A stretch of DNA of 64,000 nt from Lachnospiraceae bacterium (lineage in GTDB: Bacteria; Bacillota; Clostridia; Lachnospirales; Lachnospiraceae): NCBI GenBank assembly GCA_016286555.1, contig JAEETA010000012.1, forward strand, positions 14,057 through 78,056, given 5' to 3'. The position numbers and the translations under genes were made by a program. The notes under the pieces were generated by a model. The model saw only the letters and a program-made list of their open reading frames with translations. It was not told the origin of the DNA and ran no database searches. This document shows positions 47,633 to 57,142 of this stretch, one piece after another (position 1 is the first letter of the stretch; every line of letters starts with the position of its first letter).

Positions 47633-48501
47633 GCCTTCTTCTGACGCCTCCTTCCGATCTTCCGGCTGTGCTCATCATCCTCCTCGGGCTTTAAGAGCAG
47701 CTCGCTGAGGCGGGTGCGCAACACATCGGAAGTAATATTTCTCTCCAGCAGGCCGTCCACTGCCAGAGCCATACGGCCGGTCTCCTCGGACACGATAATG
47801 GTCACTGCATCGGTCTCCTCGGACACACCCAGACCCGCTCTGTGTCTGGTGCCCAGCTCCTTGCTGATGGAGGTGTTGGTGGACAGATGGAGGTAACAGG
47901 TAGCGGAAGCAATGCGATTGCCCCGGATAATGACAGCACCGTCATGAAGTGGTGTATTTTTCTCAAAGATATTGATGAGAAGCTGATTGGTCACGGCGCC
48001 GTCCACGGTAATGCCGGTCTCCTCGAAACTCTGCAGGGTCTCTCTGCGCTCGATGACGATAAGGCTACCGGTGCGGACCTTCGCCATCTCGGAGCATGCC
48101 TTCACGATCTCATTGATGGTGGCAAGGGTGATCTGCTCCGTATCCTTCACGGAGTTCAGATTGAAGAAGGCACCGAAGATCTTGTTTTTCCCAAGATCCT
48201 CCAAAGCCTTGCGGATCTCGGGCTGCATCACCACGATGAGGGCGATGACGGCAAAGGAAAGGATGTTCCTGGCCAGCCAGAGGATGGTGGTCATCCGCAG
48301 GAAATACGCCAGAGTCAACAAAACACCAATGACAACAAGACCCCGTAAAAGGGCCCACGCCTTGGTGTTTTTCATCCATTTCAGGATAAAGTACAGCATG
48401 GCGGCGATGATGAACACTTCCACAATGTCCATGGCATCCACCGTCGCGCCGTAGATATTTAAGTTATTCAGAACATCCTTGATCTGACTCAGCACCTGCA
48501 T
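47629..48501 (-). CDS. cdaA: Membrane diadenylate cyclase
   Basis: Three TMs; QPEIR, TPLHDGA (DGA) and LGTRHRA (RHR). Confidence 0.96.
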   Translation of the reverse strand: MQVLSQIKDVLNNLNIYGATVDAMDIVEVFIIAAMLYFILKWMKNTKAWALLRGLVVIGVLLTLAYFLRMTTILWLARNILSFAVIALIVVMQPEIRKALEDLGKNKIFGAFFNLNSVKDTEQITLATINEIVKACSEMAKVRTGSLIVIERRETLQSFEETGITVDGAVTNQLLINIFEKNTPLHDGAVIIRGNRIASATCYLHLSTNTSISKELGTRHRAGLGVSEETDAVTIIVSEETGRMALAVDGLLERNITSDVLRTRLSELLLKPEEDDEHSRKIGRRRQKKA

Positions 48502-48507
48502 TTTCCG

Positions 48508-49701
48508 TTAAAACAACTCCTCAAAATCTCCCGGATCATCCGCCTCGGCGGATCCTCCCCTGCGTCTTACGGGAGGACGGTCCGGATCCTCGCCGAAGGA
48601 AGACATGGTATCAAAACCGAAGCCCAGCTCACGGTCGATCTCCTGGCTCCTTCTGCGGGAAAACTCCTCATGGAACTCTTCGTACTCCTCAGCCTCGTCG
48701 TACTCTCCGCCTCTGCGGGAACGGGGCCTGTAATCCCGAACATCCTCTTCCTCTTCGGCTTCGGGAACATAACTGGTGCGGTTGATGCGCTTGATGGTAC
48801 GGCTGCTTTGAGGGACCATCATCTTCGGCACCGCTTTGACGTAGTAATAATATTCATCATCCTCGAACTGCACCCGCTCGGTGTGACCGTAGTCCAGCTG
48901 GAACCGGAAGAACTCCAGCACCATGCCGATGACCAGGGCCAGGAGGGATACGAGGAAGACTCTCACAAAGGAAAACTCTACCAGCTCGTAGAACAGATCC
49001 GCCACCAGCAGCAGGACCATGTTAAAAATAACGCCTGCAATGATAGCAATGGTCCAGGCATGATCCACGGGAAGTCTGCGGATCACATAGACCACGATGG
49101 TGGTGATGGCAAAGACAAGGATCAGGATCAGCATCTGCTTGTTGGCAAGGAGCGCGTCCACCACCAGTTTCAGCCGGACGATGGTCTCCTCATCCGCCAT
49201 GGTACTGATGTTGGCGGCATTGTCCGTCACCACATCCAGAAATGCGTATGCCAAAACGCCGCATCCTACGGAAATGGCGGATGCGGGACCTCCCACCAGC
49301 CCCATGACAATGGGCACCAGATAGGGGATCTTCCATGCACAGAGGATGGTGGTACCCATGACCACCAGGCTCTCACCCGGTGCAAACCGCAGATACAGCA
49401 GGTAGATCAGCAAAAAGACCACCATTCCCAGCACTGCCACTTCCAGCGAAAGCGAGTACAGATGCAGCAGGCAGAAAACGGAACAGAACAGAAGGATGGC
49501 ACCGGTGGGAAGGAACGCACACATGAGCGCCACGATCATGACGATTCCGAAATTGTCCAGCCTGGGCATGTATCCCATCCTGGAATTGATCACATTCAGG
49601 GAGATAAACGCTGCGAGAAGCTTGGCAACAGGGGTGATGATCCACTCGGCCTTGCTGTAGAAAAATTTGATTTGTTCGCGGATTTCCAGTAACTTAGTCA
49701 T
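48508..49701 (-). CDS. Conserved polytopic membrane protein with a charged C-terminal tail
   Basis: Multiple TMs then VQFEDDEYYYYVKAVPK; 6 nt upstream of cdaA. Confidence 0.8.
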   Translation of the reverse strand: MTKLLEIREQIKFFYSKAEWIITPVAKLLAAFISLNVINSRMGYMPRLDNFGIVMIVALMCAFLPTGAILLFCSVFCLLHLYSLSLEVAVLGMVVFLLIYLLYLRFAPGESLVVMGTTILCAWKIPYLVPIVMGLVGGPASAISVGCGVLAYAFLDVVTDNAANISTMADEETIVRLKLVVDALLANKQMLILILVFAITTIVVYVIRRLPVDHAWTIAIIAGVIFNMVLLLVADLFYELVEFSFVRVFLVSLLALVIGMVLEFFRFQLDYGHTERVQFEDDEYYYYVKAVPKMMVPQSSRTIKRINRTSYVPEAEEEEDVRDYRPRSRRGGEYDEAEEYEEFHEEFSRRRSQEIDRELGFGFDTMSSFGEDPDRPPVRRRGGSAEADDPGDFEELF

Positions 49702-49717
49702 ACTTCCTCTGCCGGGC

Positions 49718-50113
49718 CTACTTCCGATACATCTGGCCCAGCTTTTTCAGATTATTGAAATACAAATGCAGGTTCTTACGGGCACGGGCATACTTGAAGG
49801 TGCATACCAGGTATGCGATCACCAGATAGCTCCCCGCAAACCATGCATATTTCGTCAGAACATCCTTCGCAAATGCCACCAGATCGATCTGGTACAGATT
49901 CTCCATGAAGGTCTCCAGGTTGTAGTAGACATAGATGGCAAAGACCATACAAAAGGAGATCGTGGCGCTGATAAAGGCCTTCAGTACCTGAATGGAGACA
50001 TAATCGCTGCGGAAAAATCTCCCGATCTGCATATTGCGTTTGCCCTCCCCGGCTTCGTAAGAAGCCATACGGGTCATGAGGGCAACCCGTTCTTCATTCA
50101 GCAAAACATCCAC
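49718..50113 (-). CDS. Conserved small membrane protein
   Basis: LNEERVALMTRMASYE, YVS motif, two TMs; fills the operon gap. Confidence 0.75.
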   Translation of the reverse strand: MDVLLNEERVALMTRMASYEAGEGKRNMQIGRFFRSDYVSIQVLKAFISATISFCMVFAIYVYYNLETFMENLYQIDLVAFAKDVLTKYAWFAGSYLVIAYLVCTFKYARARKNLHLYFNNLKKLGQMYRK

Positions 50114-50140
50114 TTCCTTCCGTGTGCATTCTCCAAAAGA

Positions 50141-50551
50141 TCAGTTGTCCAGGAAACGCATCTTGGGATTTTCTCTGGGGTCTCTGGAAGGCTGCTGGGG
50201 CTTCGGCTTTGCAGCGTCGGTGATGGCGCGCAGATTGCCGGTGAGCTGACCCTTGCAGCGGTCACAGTACTTGCCGGAGCGGATGGGGGCTCCGCAGGAC
50301 TCACAGTTCAGCATCAGTGCGGAATCCTCGGTAACCTCCAGACGATCCTCACGGAGCCACTGGGTGATCTGCTGGGGCTCTACATCGCAGGCCTCTGCCA
50401 CTTCATTGATGCCCACGCCTTTATTTTCACGGATGTAAGCCTTCACTTCCTGGAACTTTGCTTCCATGGCTTCCCGGCAGGTCATACACAGCGGAGCACC
50501 GCCGATGTAATTGAAGATCTTGCCGCATTTCCTACAGTTTCTTACATTCAT
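50141..50551 (-). CDS. YvyF-like flagellar operon protein
   Basis: NCRKCGKIF, CxxC, VKAYIREN, WLREDRL, CESCG..I.SGKYCDRC; follows comF as in Bacillus. Confidence 0.85.
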   Translation of the reverse strand: MNVRNCRKCGKIFNYIGGAPLCMTCREAMEAKFQEVKAYIRENKGVGINEVAEACDVEPQQITQWLREDRLEVTEDSALMLNCESCGAPIRSGKYCDRCKGQLTGNLRAITDAAKPKPQQPSRDPRENPKMRFLDN

Positions 50552-50648
50552 ATGCATCCCCATTCCGGAGCGATGACCTTCGGCTCCCCGAAAGCCGATC
50601 TCATGCCCGTCTCCTCAGCCGCCTGCATCGCTCCTTCACAGACGTCTG

Positions 50649-51359
50649 TCAAACCCCGGTTCCCGCAGAGATCGTCACAAAAGAAACCTCCGAGACGCCG
50701 GCCTGCTTTAACACCCGGGCTGCCGCGTTCATGGTGGCCCCGGTGGTAAAGATATCGTCGACAAGCATTACTTTGTCTAATTTTACCTCATTTGAGGGTA
50801 CAATAAAAGCCTTTTTCAAATTATTTTGGCGCTGCAAAGGGCTTAAATACTTCATTGGGACGGTGTTTTTCACCCGCCTGAGCAAGTCCTTCCGCACCGG
50901 GATCCCGGTGTAGCGGGAAATGGCCTTTGCATACTCATAGGACTGGTTATAACCGCGCCATTTCATGCGCTTTCTGTGGAGCGGAACGGGCACCAGAGCC
51001 TGCGCTCCCGTCTTCCGCAGATAGTCCCCCAGATACAGGGCAGTCTGACGGCCGAAAAAGTCTGCATATTCCCTGCGTCTGCCGTACTTAAACCGGTAGA
51101 TGGGCAGTGCGGCTCCGCGGTAATCGTACACGGCTCTGCCCCGGACAAACTCCGGCTCCTCCTTCCGACAGGCTTCGCACAAGGTCTCCTCCTGCATCAG
51201 TTTCTTGCCGCAGCGCATGCACCAGGGCGGTGAAAGGGGCGGCAGCTTCGGGATGCACTCCGTGCAGATCTGTTCTCCGAATGGAATGACGATTCTGTCA
51301 CAAACCGGACACCTGCGTGGAAATAACAGCTGTAATATAAAATCAAGGATCTTTCTCAC
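50649..51359 (-). CDS. comF: ComF-family protein (Zn finger + PRTase-like)
   Basis: FPRRCPVC, VPVPLH, RGYNQS, LVDDIFTTGAT. Confidence 0.92.
   Translation of the reverse strand: MRKILDFILQLLFPRRCPVCDRIVIPFGEQICTECIPKLPPLSPPWCMRCGKKLMQEETLCEACRKEEPEFVRGRAVYDYRGAALPIYRFKYGRRREYADFFGRQTALYLGDYLRKTGAQALVPVPLHRKRMKWRGYNQSYEYAKAISRYTGIPVRKDLLRRVKNTVPMKYLSPLQRQNNLKKAFIVPSNEVKLDKVMLVDDIFTTGATMNAAARVLKQAGVSEVSFVTISAGTGV
50752..50779 (-). promoter_or_regulatory. Candidate sigma28 promoter inside comF (TAGA-N16-GACGATAT)
   Basis: Near-consensus match within an AT-rich patch about 200 nt upstream of yvyF. Confidence 0.45.
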
Positions 51360-53593
51360 CCGCGACTCGCCTCCAGCTCCAGGATCCGCTCCTTCAGAGA
51401 AGAATAACGCCTGCGCTCTCCCTGCTCGCTGATCATGCCCCGGACGGTATCGCTGCTGCCCAGGATCACCACACAGCTTTTTGCTCTGGTGATGCCGGTG
51501 TAGAGCAGGTTCCGGTACCGCAGCATCCTGGGAGGATCCAGCAAGGGCAGGATCACTGCAGGATACTCGCTTCCCTGGGCCTTGTGGATGGTGATGGCAT
51601 AAGCCAGCTCCAGATCCTCCAGGGCGCCCAGGGGATAGGTCACCAGTCGGCGATCGTCAAACTCCACCTTCATGAAGTTCCCGGACTCGCTGATCTGTTT
51701 TATGACACCGATGTCGCCATTGAAGACACCCTCTCCCTTGTCAATGACATCTCCGTATTTTCCCAGGATTTCCCACTCCAGGTGATAATCGTTTTTGGTC
51801 TGCATCACCTTGTCCCCCTCCCGGAACCGGTTCTCGCCGGAAAGGCACTCTGCCTTATCGGGGGATTCGGGATTCAGGACGCTCTGCATGTAGCGGTTCA
51901 TCTCCAGGCAGCCCAGCTCGCCCTTGCGCATGGGTGTCAGGACCTGGATCTCGCTTTGTACGGTTTTACAGTAATCCGGCAGCTTGTCCCGCAGCATCCA
52001 GACCGCGATCTGCTTGATGACAGCGGAGTCATTTCTCTCCAAAAACAGGAAATCCTTGGAATTGGTATCCAGCCGGATATCCTCTCCGCGGTTGATCTTG
52101 TGGGCGTTGACAATGATATCGCTTCCCGCAGCCTGCCGGAAGATCTCCTTCAGCACCACGCTGGGATACACCTCGCTGGAAATCAGATCCCGCAGCACCT
52201 CTCCGGGACCCACGCTGGGAAGCTGATCCATGTCACCCACCAGGATCAGATGGGTGCCGGGAAGGATTGCCTTTAACAGGGCATGGAACAGCAAGATGTC
52301 CACCATGGAGGTCTCATCGATGATGACCACATCCGCCTCCAGGGGATTGTCCTCATTTTTCTGGAAGACGGCTCTGCCGCCGCCCTCTCCCGGGGCACCG
52401 CCCACCTCCAGCAGTCTGTGGATGGTCCGGGCTTCGTAACCCGTGGCCTCCGTCATGCGCTTGGCCGCTCTTCCCGTGGGGGCTGCCAGCAGCAGATCCA
52501 TTCCCTGGGCCAGGAAATACCGGATCATGAGGTTGATGGTGGTGGTCTTACCGGTACCGGGGCCGCCGGAAAGCAGGAATACGCCGTTTTCCGCCGCTTT
52601 CTTCACAGCCTCGATCTGCAGGGGATCCGGGGTGATGCCCTCGGAAGCAGCGATGCGCTCCACTTCCCGCTCCACCGCTGCGTCCGATACTTCATCCCGC
52701 AGGATGCCGTCCGAAATGCGGATCAGCTTTGCGGCGCAGTTCAGCTCCGTGTGATACATGAGAGAACTGTAGATCCTGTCCTCTCTGCGATAGACCTTCA
52801 TCTCCAGCTCCAGATCCTTCAGGCAGTCCCGCAGCAGCTCAGGTAAGGTACTGAGCTGCTCCGCAGCCTTCCCCAGAAGCTCTTCCTCCGGGAGATAGCA
52901 ATGGCCCTCTCCCATGGACTGCTGCAGGGTATAGAGGATCCCGCAGCGCAGACGGAAGGCGGAGTCAGGGCTGACCCCCATTTCCATGGCGATCCTGTCT
53001 GCGGTCTGGAAACCCACGCCTTCGATATCCTCCGCCAGGCGGTATGGATTTTCCTGCAGCACCTCGTAAAGCCCCGTTCCGTAATGATCGAAGATCTTCA
53101 CTGACAGGTTCTGGGAGATGTGGAATCTCCCCAGATACATCATGGCATCCCGCAGATCCCGCTTTCCTTCCAACTGAACCGCGATGTCCATGGCCTTTCG
53201 CATACTGATGCCCTTGATCTCCGCCAGGCGCTCCGGCTCCTCCTCGATGATCCGGAAGGTATCGTCGCCGAAGGTCTTGACGATCCTGCGGGCCAGAGCC
53301 TCTCCCACCCCCTTTACGGCGCCGGATCCCAGATACCGCTCCATGGAAATGGCATCGGCAGGGGGCACCACGCGGTAGGTGCTGACCCGGAACTGCAGTC
53401 CGTAGGAGGGATTCATTTCGTAGGCGCCTTCCGCCTCCACTGTCTCCCCCTGCTCCAGATCCCGGCAATTGCCCACACAAACCACTTCTTTCCCCCCTGT
53501 GATCAGGAGAAAGATCTTAAATGTGCCGTCGGGGCTTGTATAGATAAAATGGTCCACCAGACCCTTGATCTCACGATCCTCAGGAATCTTCAA
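51356..53593 (-). CDS. recD2: RecD2-like ATP-dependent DNA helicase
   Basis: HhH repeats (VKGVG), ENPYRL, GGPGTGKT, APTGRAA, DETSM, GDMDQLPSV, HKAQGSE; TTG start at 53593 after AAGGAGG. Confidence 0.93.
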   Translation of the reverse strand: MKIPEDREIKGLVDHFIYTSPDGTFKIFLLITGGKEVVCVGNCRDLEQGETVEAEGAYEMNPSYGLQFRVSTYRVVPPADAISMERYLGSGAVKGVGEALARRIVKTFGDDTFRIIEEEPERLAEIKGISMRKAMDIAVQLEGKRDLRDAMMYLGRFHISQNLSVKIFDHYGTGLYEVLQENPYRLAEDIEGVGFQTADRIAMEMGVSPDSAFRLRCGILYTLQQSMGEGHCYLPEEELLGKAAEQLSTLPELLRDCLKDLELEMKVYRREDRIYSSLMYHTELNCAAKLIRISDGILRDEVSDAAVEREVERIAASEGITPDPLQIEAVKKAAENGVFLLSGGPGTGKTTTINLMIRYFLAQGMDLLLAAPTGRAAKRMTEATGYEARTIHRLLEVGGAPGEGGGRAVFQKNEDNPLEADVVIIDETSMVDILLFHALLKAILPGTHLILVGDMDQLPSVGPGEVLRDLISSEVYPSVVLKEIFRQAAGSDIIVNAHKINRGEDIRLDTNSKDFLFLERNDSAVIKQIAVWMLRDKLPDYCKTVQSEIQVLTPMRKGELGCLEMNRYMQSVLNPESPDKAECLSGENRFREGDKVMQTKNDYHLEWEILGKYGDVIDKGEGVFNGDIGVIKQISESGNFMKVEFDDRRLVTYPLGALEDLELAYAITIHKAQGSEYPAVILPLLDPPRMLRYRNLLYTGITRAKSCVVILGSSDTVRGMISEQGERRRYSSLKERILELEASRG

Positions 53594-53687
53594 AAAAACC
53601 TCCTTTGCGCGTGCACTTACGCGCGGTGCATTCCGCCATTCCCTGGAAAACGGGCGATGTGCCCGACTTGAATAAGAATAGATAAAA

Positions 53688-53722
53688 TAAAAAAGCGTCC
53701 CACTGAGTGTAGCACGCTTTTT
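53688..53722. terminator. Possible bidirectional terminator after the flgJ-like gene
   Basis: aaaaaagcgt...acgctttttt imperfect stem. Confidence 0.5.
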
Positions 53723-53756
53723 TGCCCTTTTCAACTTTACGGAGCGCGTTTCGGAA

Positions 53757-54191
53757 CTATGCCTCTTCCGCCTGTTCCGTCACAGTGCCGGAAGCAGCTG
53801 CGTTTTCTTCCAGTTCCCGTGCGCTCACCTGTTTCTCGGAAAGGCCCATGTTGACCTTCAGCTGCTCATAGAGCATCTGGGCAATGCCCAGGGACTGGGT
53901 ATCCGCAGACTGAGTTGCGATCTCCTGCAGGGTCTGGCCCTTGAAGAAATCCACCAGCTGGGAAGTGTTGGAATCCTCGTCGGGATTCGCCTTAATGACA
54001 GTGTTCTCCATGCGCTTAAAGACCTGCTCCAGGAGATATGCCTCAAACTGCTTGCAAACCCCCATGAGTTCTTCGTCAGTGGCATTTGCATCCGTCTGCT
54101 GCAGCTTACCGGACAGCTCGGCGCCGGAAGCTTCCTTTGCCATGCTTGTATAGTAATCCGCGTATGCGCTTGTGATTCCGGAAATATCCAT
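53757..54191 (-). CDS. flgJ: Rod-binding-domain protein (short FlgJ-like)
   Basis: LMGVCKQFEAYLL...LGIAQMLYEQL; follows flgG. Confidence 0.8.
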   Translation of the reverse strand: MDISGITSAYADYYTSMAKEASGAELSGKLQQTDANATDEELMGVCKQFEAYLLEQVFKRMENTVIKANPDEDSNTSQLVDFFKGQTLQEIATQSADTQSLGIAQMLYEQLKVNMGLSEKQVSARELEENAAASGTVTEQAEEA

Positions 54192-54234
54192 AATCCCTCC
54201 TGTCTGACATGTGTGTCACATCAGTACCGGATCA

Positions 54235-55053
54235 TTATCTTCTCAGGTTGTTTGCCTCGTCCAGCATGGTATCGGAGGTGGTGATGACCTTGGAATTCAG
54301 CTCGTATGCACGCTGGGTGGTGATCATGTTCACCATCTCATCGGCGATCTGAACATTGGAACCCTCCAGGTAGCCCTGGATCACCTTACTCTTCTCCACG
54401 TTGTTGCTGGTAGCCTCGTTGATGGGTACGCCGCTGGCAGAGGTCTGGGAATAAAGACTGTCGCCCTCACGGTAGAGACCGTTGGGATTATTGAACTGCC
54501 ACAGGCCTACGGTGATGCCCAGGGAGGTGGCATTGTTCTTGTCATCGGGATAGCATACGGTGCCGTCCTTATCGATGGTCACAAGGCTCATATTGTACTG
54601 GGGTCCCAGGATGATGGCATTGCCCTTGGTGTCCAGCACGGGGTTGCCGTCGGAGGTAGCCAGCATATTTCCGCCATTGGCAGCGGTGGTCCACTGGAAA
54701 TTACCGTTTCTGGTGTAGTAGGTGTTCCCGTCAGCACCGCGAACGGCGAAGAATCCTTTCCCGCTGATGGCAAAGGAAGTATCCAGCTCGGAAGCCAGGA
54801 GTGCGCCCTGGGTAAAGACGGTGTTGATGGAAGCATTCCGTACGCCCAGACCCACCTGTGCGCTGCCGGGCTTGGTGTCGCCGTTGGCGGAAGTGGTCTT
54901 GGTCTGAATGTTCTGATACAGAAGGCTCTTGAATTCCATGGACTGCGCCTTGTATCCGGTGGTGTTGACGTTTGCCAGATTGTTGGCGATATTATCGAGG
55001 CTGGTCTGCTGTGCCAGCATTCCGGTTGCTCCGGTCCATAAGCTTCTAACCAT
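54235..55053 (-). CDS. flgG: Flagellar distal rod protein
   Basis: MVRSLWTGATGM, ANNLANVNTTGYK, YTRNGNF, YLEGSNV, QRAYELNSK. Confidence 0.9.
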   Translation of the reverse strand: MVRSLWTGATGMLAQQTSLDNIANNLANVNTTGYKAQSMEFKSLLYQNIQTKTTSANGDTKPGSAQVGLGVRNASINTVFTQGALLASELDTSFAISGKGFFAVRGADGNTYYTRNGNFQWTTAANGGNMLATSDGNPVLDTKGNAIILGPQYNMSLVTIDKDGTVCYPDDKNNATSLGITVGLWQFNNPNGLYREGDSLYSQTSASGVPINEATSNNVEKSKVIQGYLEGSNVQIADEMVNMITTQRAYELNSKVITTSDTMLDEANNLRR

Positions 55054-55121
55054 ATCCTGCTCCTTTCCCGGGATTCACTTCATCCCGGTGCGCTGTTCAT
55101 GCAACGGTCATTCCCTGAACA

Positions 55122-55898
55122 TTATACCTGCCCGATCTGATTGACAGCCACATCCAGGGTGTTGTCAATGGTCTGAATGATCTTCTGGTTGGACTCGTAC
55201 TGTCTGGAAATGGAGATCAGGCTCACCATTTCGGATACGCTCTGCACATTGCTCATCTCCAGATAGCCGCTGTAGACTCTGGCGCCCGATGCGGTCTGTT
55301 TTGCTCCGTCCAGGGGAGTAAAATAAGTCTCGCCGTAACGCTCCAGATAGTCGTAATCCTCAAAATCCGTCACCTGGATGGTGGCTACCGCCCGGTCGTT
55401 CTGCCAGATCGTTCCCGTCTGGTCGATGGTTGCATCTTTCAGGGTGTCCACCTGGATCCTGCGGTTGTTCACGTCCAGCACAAAGTCGCCGTTATTGGTC
55501 ACCAGGTATCCGTCCTGGGTCAGGGTGAACTGTCCCTGGCGGGTGTACATGGTGGACGTCTCACCGGCCTTGTTGGTGAATTCCACTGCGAAAAATCCGG
55601 TGTCACCCAAAGCCAGATCGTAGGTATTTTCAGTAATGCGGAAGGAACCCTGGGACCAGTCCACATAGTTCTCTCCGATCTTAACGCCGCGGGAATTGTG
55701 TCCCTCCCGCTGAACAAGATTGTAACCCACGGTGGAGTCCTTGATCTTCAGGGTCAGAACCTCATCAAAGGCCTGGCTGGTGGTGCCCTCCTTCTTGTAG
55801 CCGACGGTGGTCACGTTTGCCATATTGTTACTCAGCACGTCCATCCTGTGCTGCTCGTTGAGCATGCCGGTATAGGCGGTGTAAAGGCCTTTGACCAT
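55122..55898 (-). CDS. flgF: Flagellar basal-body rod protein (FlgF/FlhO)
   Basis: MVKGLYTAYTGM, SNNMANVTTVGYK, YTRQGQF, YLEMSNV. Confidence 0.82.
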   Translation of the reverse strand: MVKGLYTAYTGMLNEQHRMDVLSNNMANVTTVGYKKEGTTSQAFDEVLTLKIKDSTVGYNLVQREGHNSRGVKIGENYVDWSQGSFRITENTYDLALGDTGFFAVEFTNKAGETSTMYTRQGQFTLTQDGYLVTNNGDFVLDVNNRRIQVDTLKDATIDQTGTIWQNDRAVATIQVTDFEDYDYLERYGETYFTPLDGAKQTASGARVYSGYLEMSNVQSVSEMVSLISISRQYESNQKIIQTIDNTLDVAVNQIGQV

Positions 55899-55918
55899 AA
55901 GGTACTCCTTTCAGGCGA

Positions 55919-56917
55919 TCAGTCGCTCTCTCCGCGGTACTGGGAGATGTACTCCACATACTGGCCGGTTCCGATGGCCACTGCGGTCATGGGATCCTCG
56001 GCAGTCATGGTGGTGATGCCGGTCTTGCTGCAAATCAGCTCCTCCAGTCCTCTCAGCAGGCTGCCGCCTCCCGTCAGGACGATACCGCGCTCCGCAATGT
56101 CGGCGCAAAGCTCCGGGGGAGTCTCCTCCAGAACGGAGTGGATGGCTTCCACGATCTGGGTCGCGGGCTCGATGAGGGCCTCTTCCATCTCCTCGCTGGT
56201 AACCTCGATGGTCTTGGGCAGAGCCTCGATCAGGTCTCTTCCACGAACCTCCATGGTGGTCACCTCGGGCTGTTTGAAACAGCAGCCGATGCGGATCTTT
56301 ACATCCTCCGCCATACGCTCACCGATGGTCAGGTTGTGCTTCTGACGGATGTATTTTGCAATTTCGTTATTGAACACATCTCCGGCAACGGGGAGAGACT
56401 TGCTGGCCACGGTGCCGCCGAGAGAAATGACAGCAATGTCGGTAGTTCCGCCGCCGATGTCTACGATCATGTTGCCGCAGGGTCTGGTGATATCAATACC
56501 TGCGCCGATGGCAGCCGCGATGGGCTCCTCGATGATGATGACCTCTCTGGCACCTACCTGGTAGCCTGCGTCCACAACAGCCTTCTTCTCCACTTCCGTG
56601 ATACCGCTGGGTACACAGACCGCAATGCGGGGCTTCCGGAAGGTTCTGCGTCCGATGGCCTTCTGGACGAAGTACTTCATCATCTTCTCGGTCACTTCGT
56701 AATTCGAGATAACGCCCTTACGGATCGGGCGGTCGGTCTCAATATTGCCGGGGGTTCTTCCCAGCATCAGACGGGCATCCTCACCGATGGCCAGTACCTT
56801 GTTGGTGGTACGGTCAATGGCAACTACGGAGGGCTCCTTCAGAACCACGCCTCTGCCCTTTACATAGACCAGCACACTGGCTGTTCCAAGATCGATTCCT
56901 ATATCTGTCGCTCCCAT
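55919..56917 (-). CDS. mbl: MreB-like rod shape-determining protein
   Basis: IGIDLGTA, EPSVVA, VDIGGGTT, LTGGG; upstream of the rod genes. Confidence 0.9.
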   Translation of the reverse strand: MGATDIGIDLGTASVLVYVKGRGVVLKEPSVVAIDRTTNKVLAIGEDARLMLGRTPGNIETDRPIRKGVISNYEVTEKMMKYFVQKAIGRRTFRKPRIAVCVPSGITEVEKKAVVDAGYQVGAREVIIIEEPIAAAIGAGIDITRPCGNMIVDIGGGTTDIAVISLGGTVASKSLPVAGDVFNNEIAKYIRQKHNLTIGERMAEDVKIRIGCCFKQPEVTTMEVRGRDLIEALPKTIEVTSEEMEEALIEPATQIVEAIHSVLEETPPELCADIAERGIVLTGGGSLLRGLEELICSKTGITTMTAEDPMTAVAIGTGQYVEYISQYRGESD

Positions 56918-57114
56918 ATCTATCTCCTTCCAAAATCAGGTCGACGAATTCAATCGCAAATTTTAACAACTTATTATACTCGATTTTTTTCGTTTTTCCT
57001 AGTGGCGCCCGAAAATTTCGGAAGAAGTGATAAAAAGCACACAAAAAGGACGCAAACTCCTCAAAGTCGCGTCCCTGCGTTTTTTGTGGAATCCGTTCCG
57101 ACTATTCGGATAAT

Positions 57115-57142
57115 ATATCGGACGGTCCCCTCAAAAACTTAA
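57115..57142 (-). promoter_or_regulatory. Sigma28 (SigD/FliA) promoter for mbl-flgF-flgG-flgJ (TTAA-N16-TCCGATAT)
   Basis: Matches the TAAA-N15/16-GCCGATAT pattern; a separate TATAAT lies at 56973-56978. Confidence 0.65.

Noticed and set aside
53594-53734. N-terminal extensions in the ORF track for recD2 (also proC, the GT2 at 18004 and the GT2 at 58029)
   Set aside because: The extensions cross terminators, promoters or upstream genes; better starts with an RBS lie downstream.
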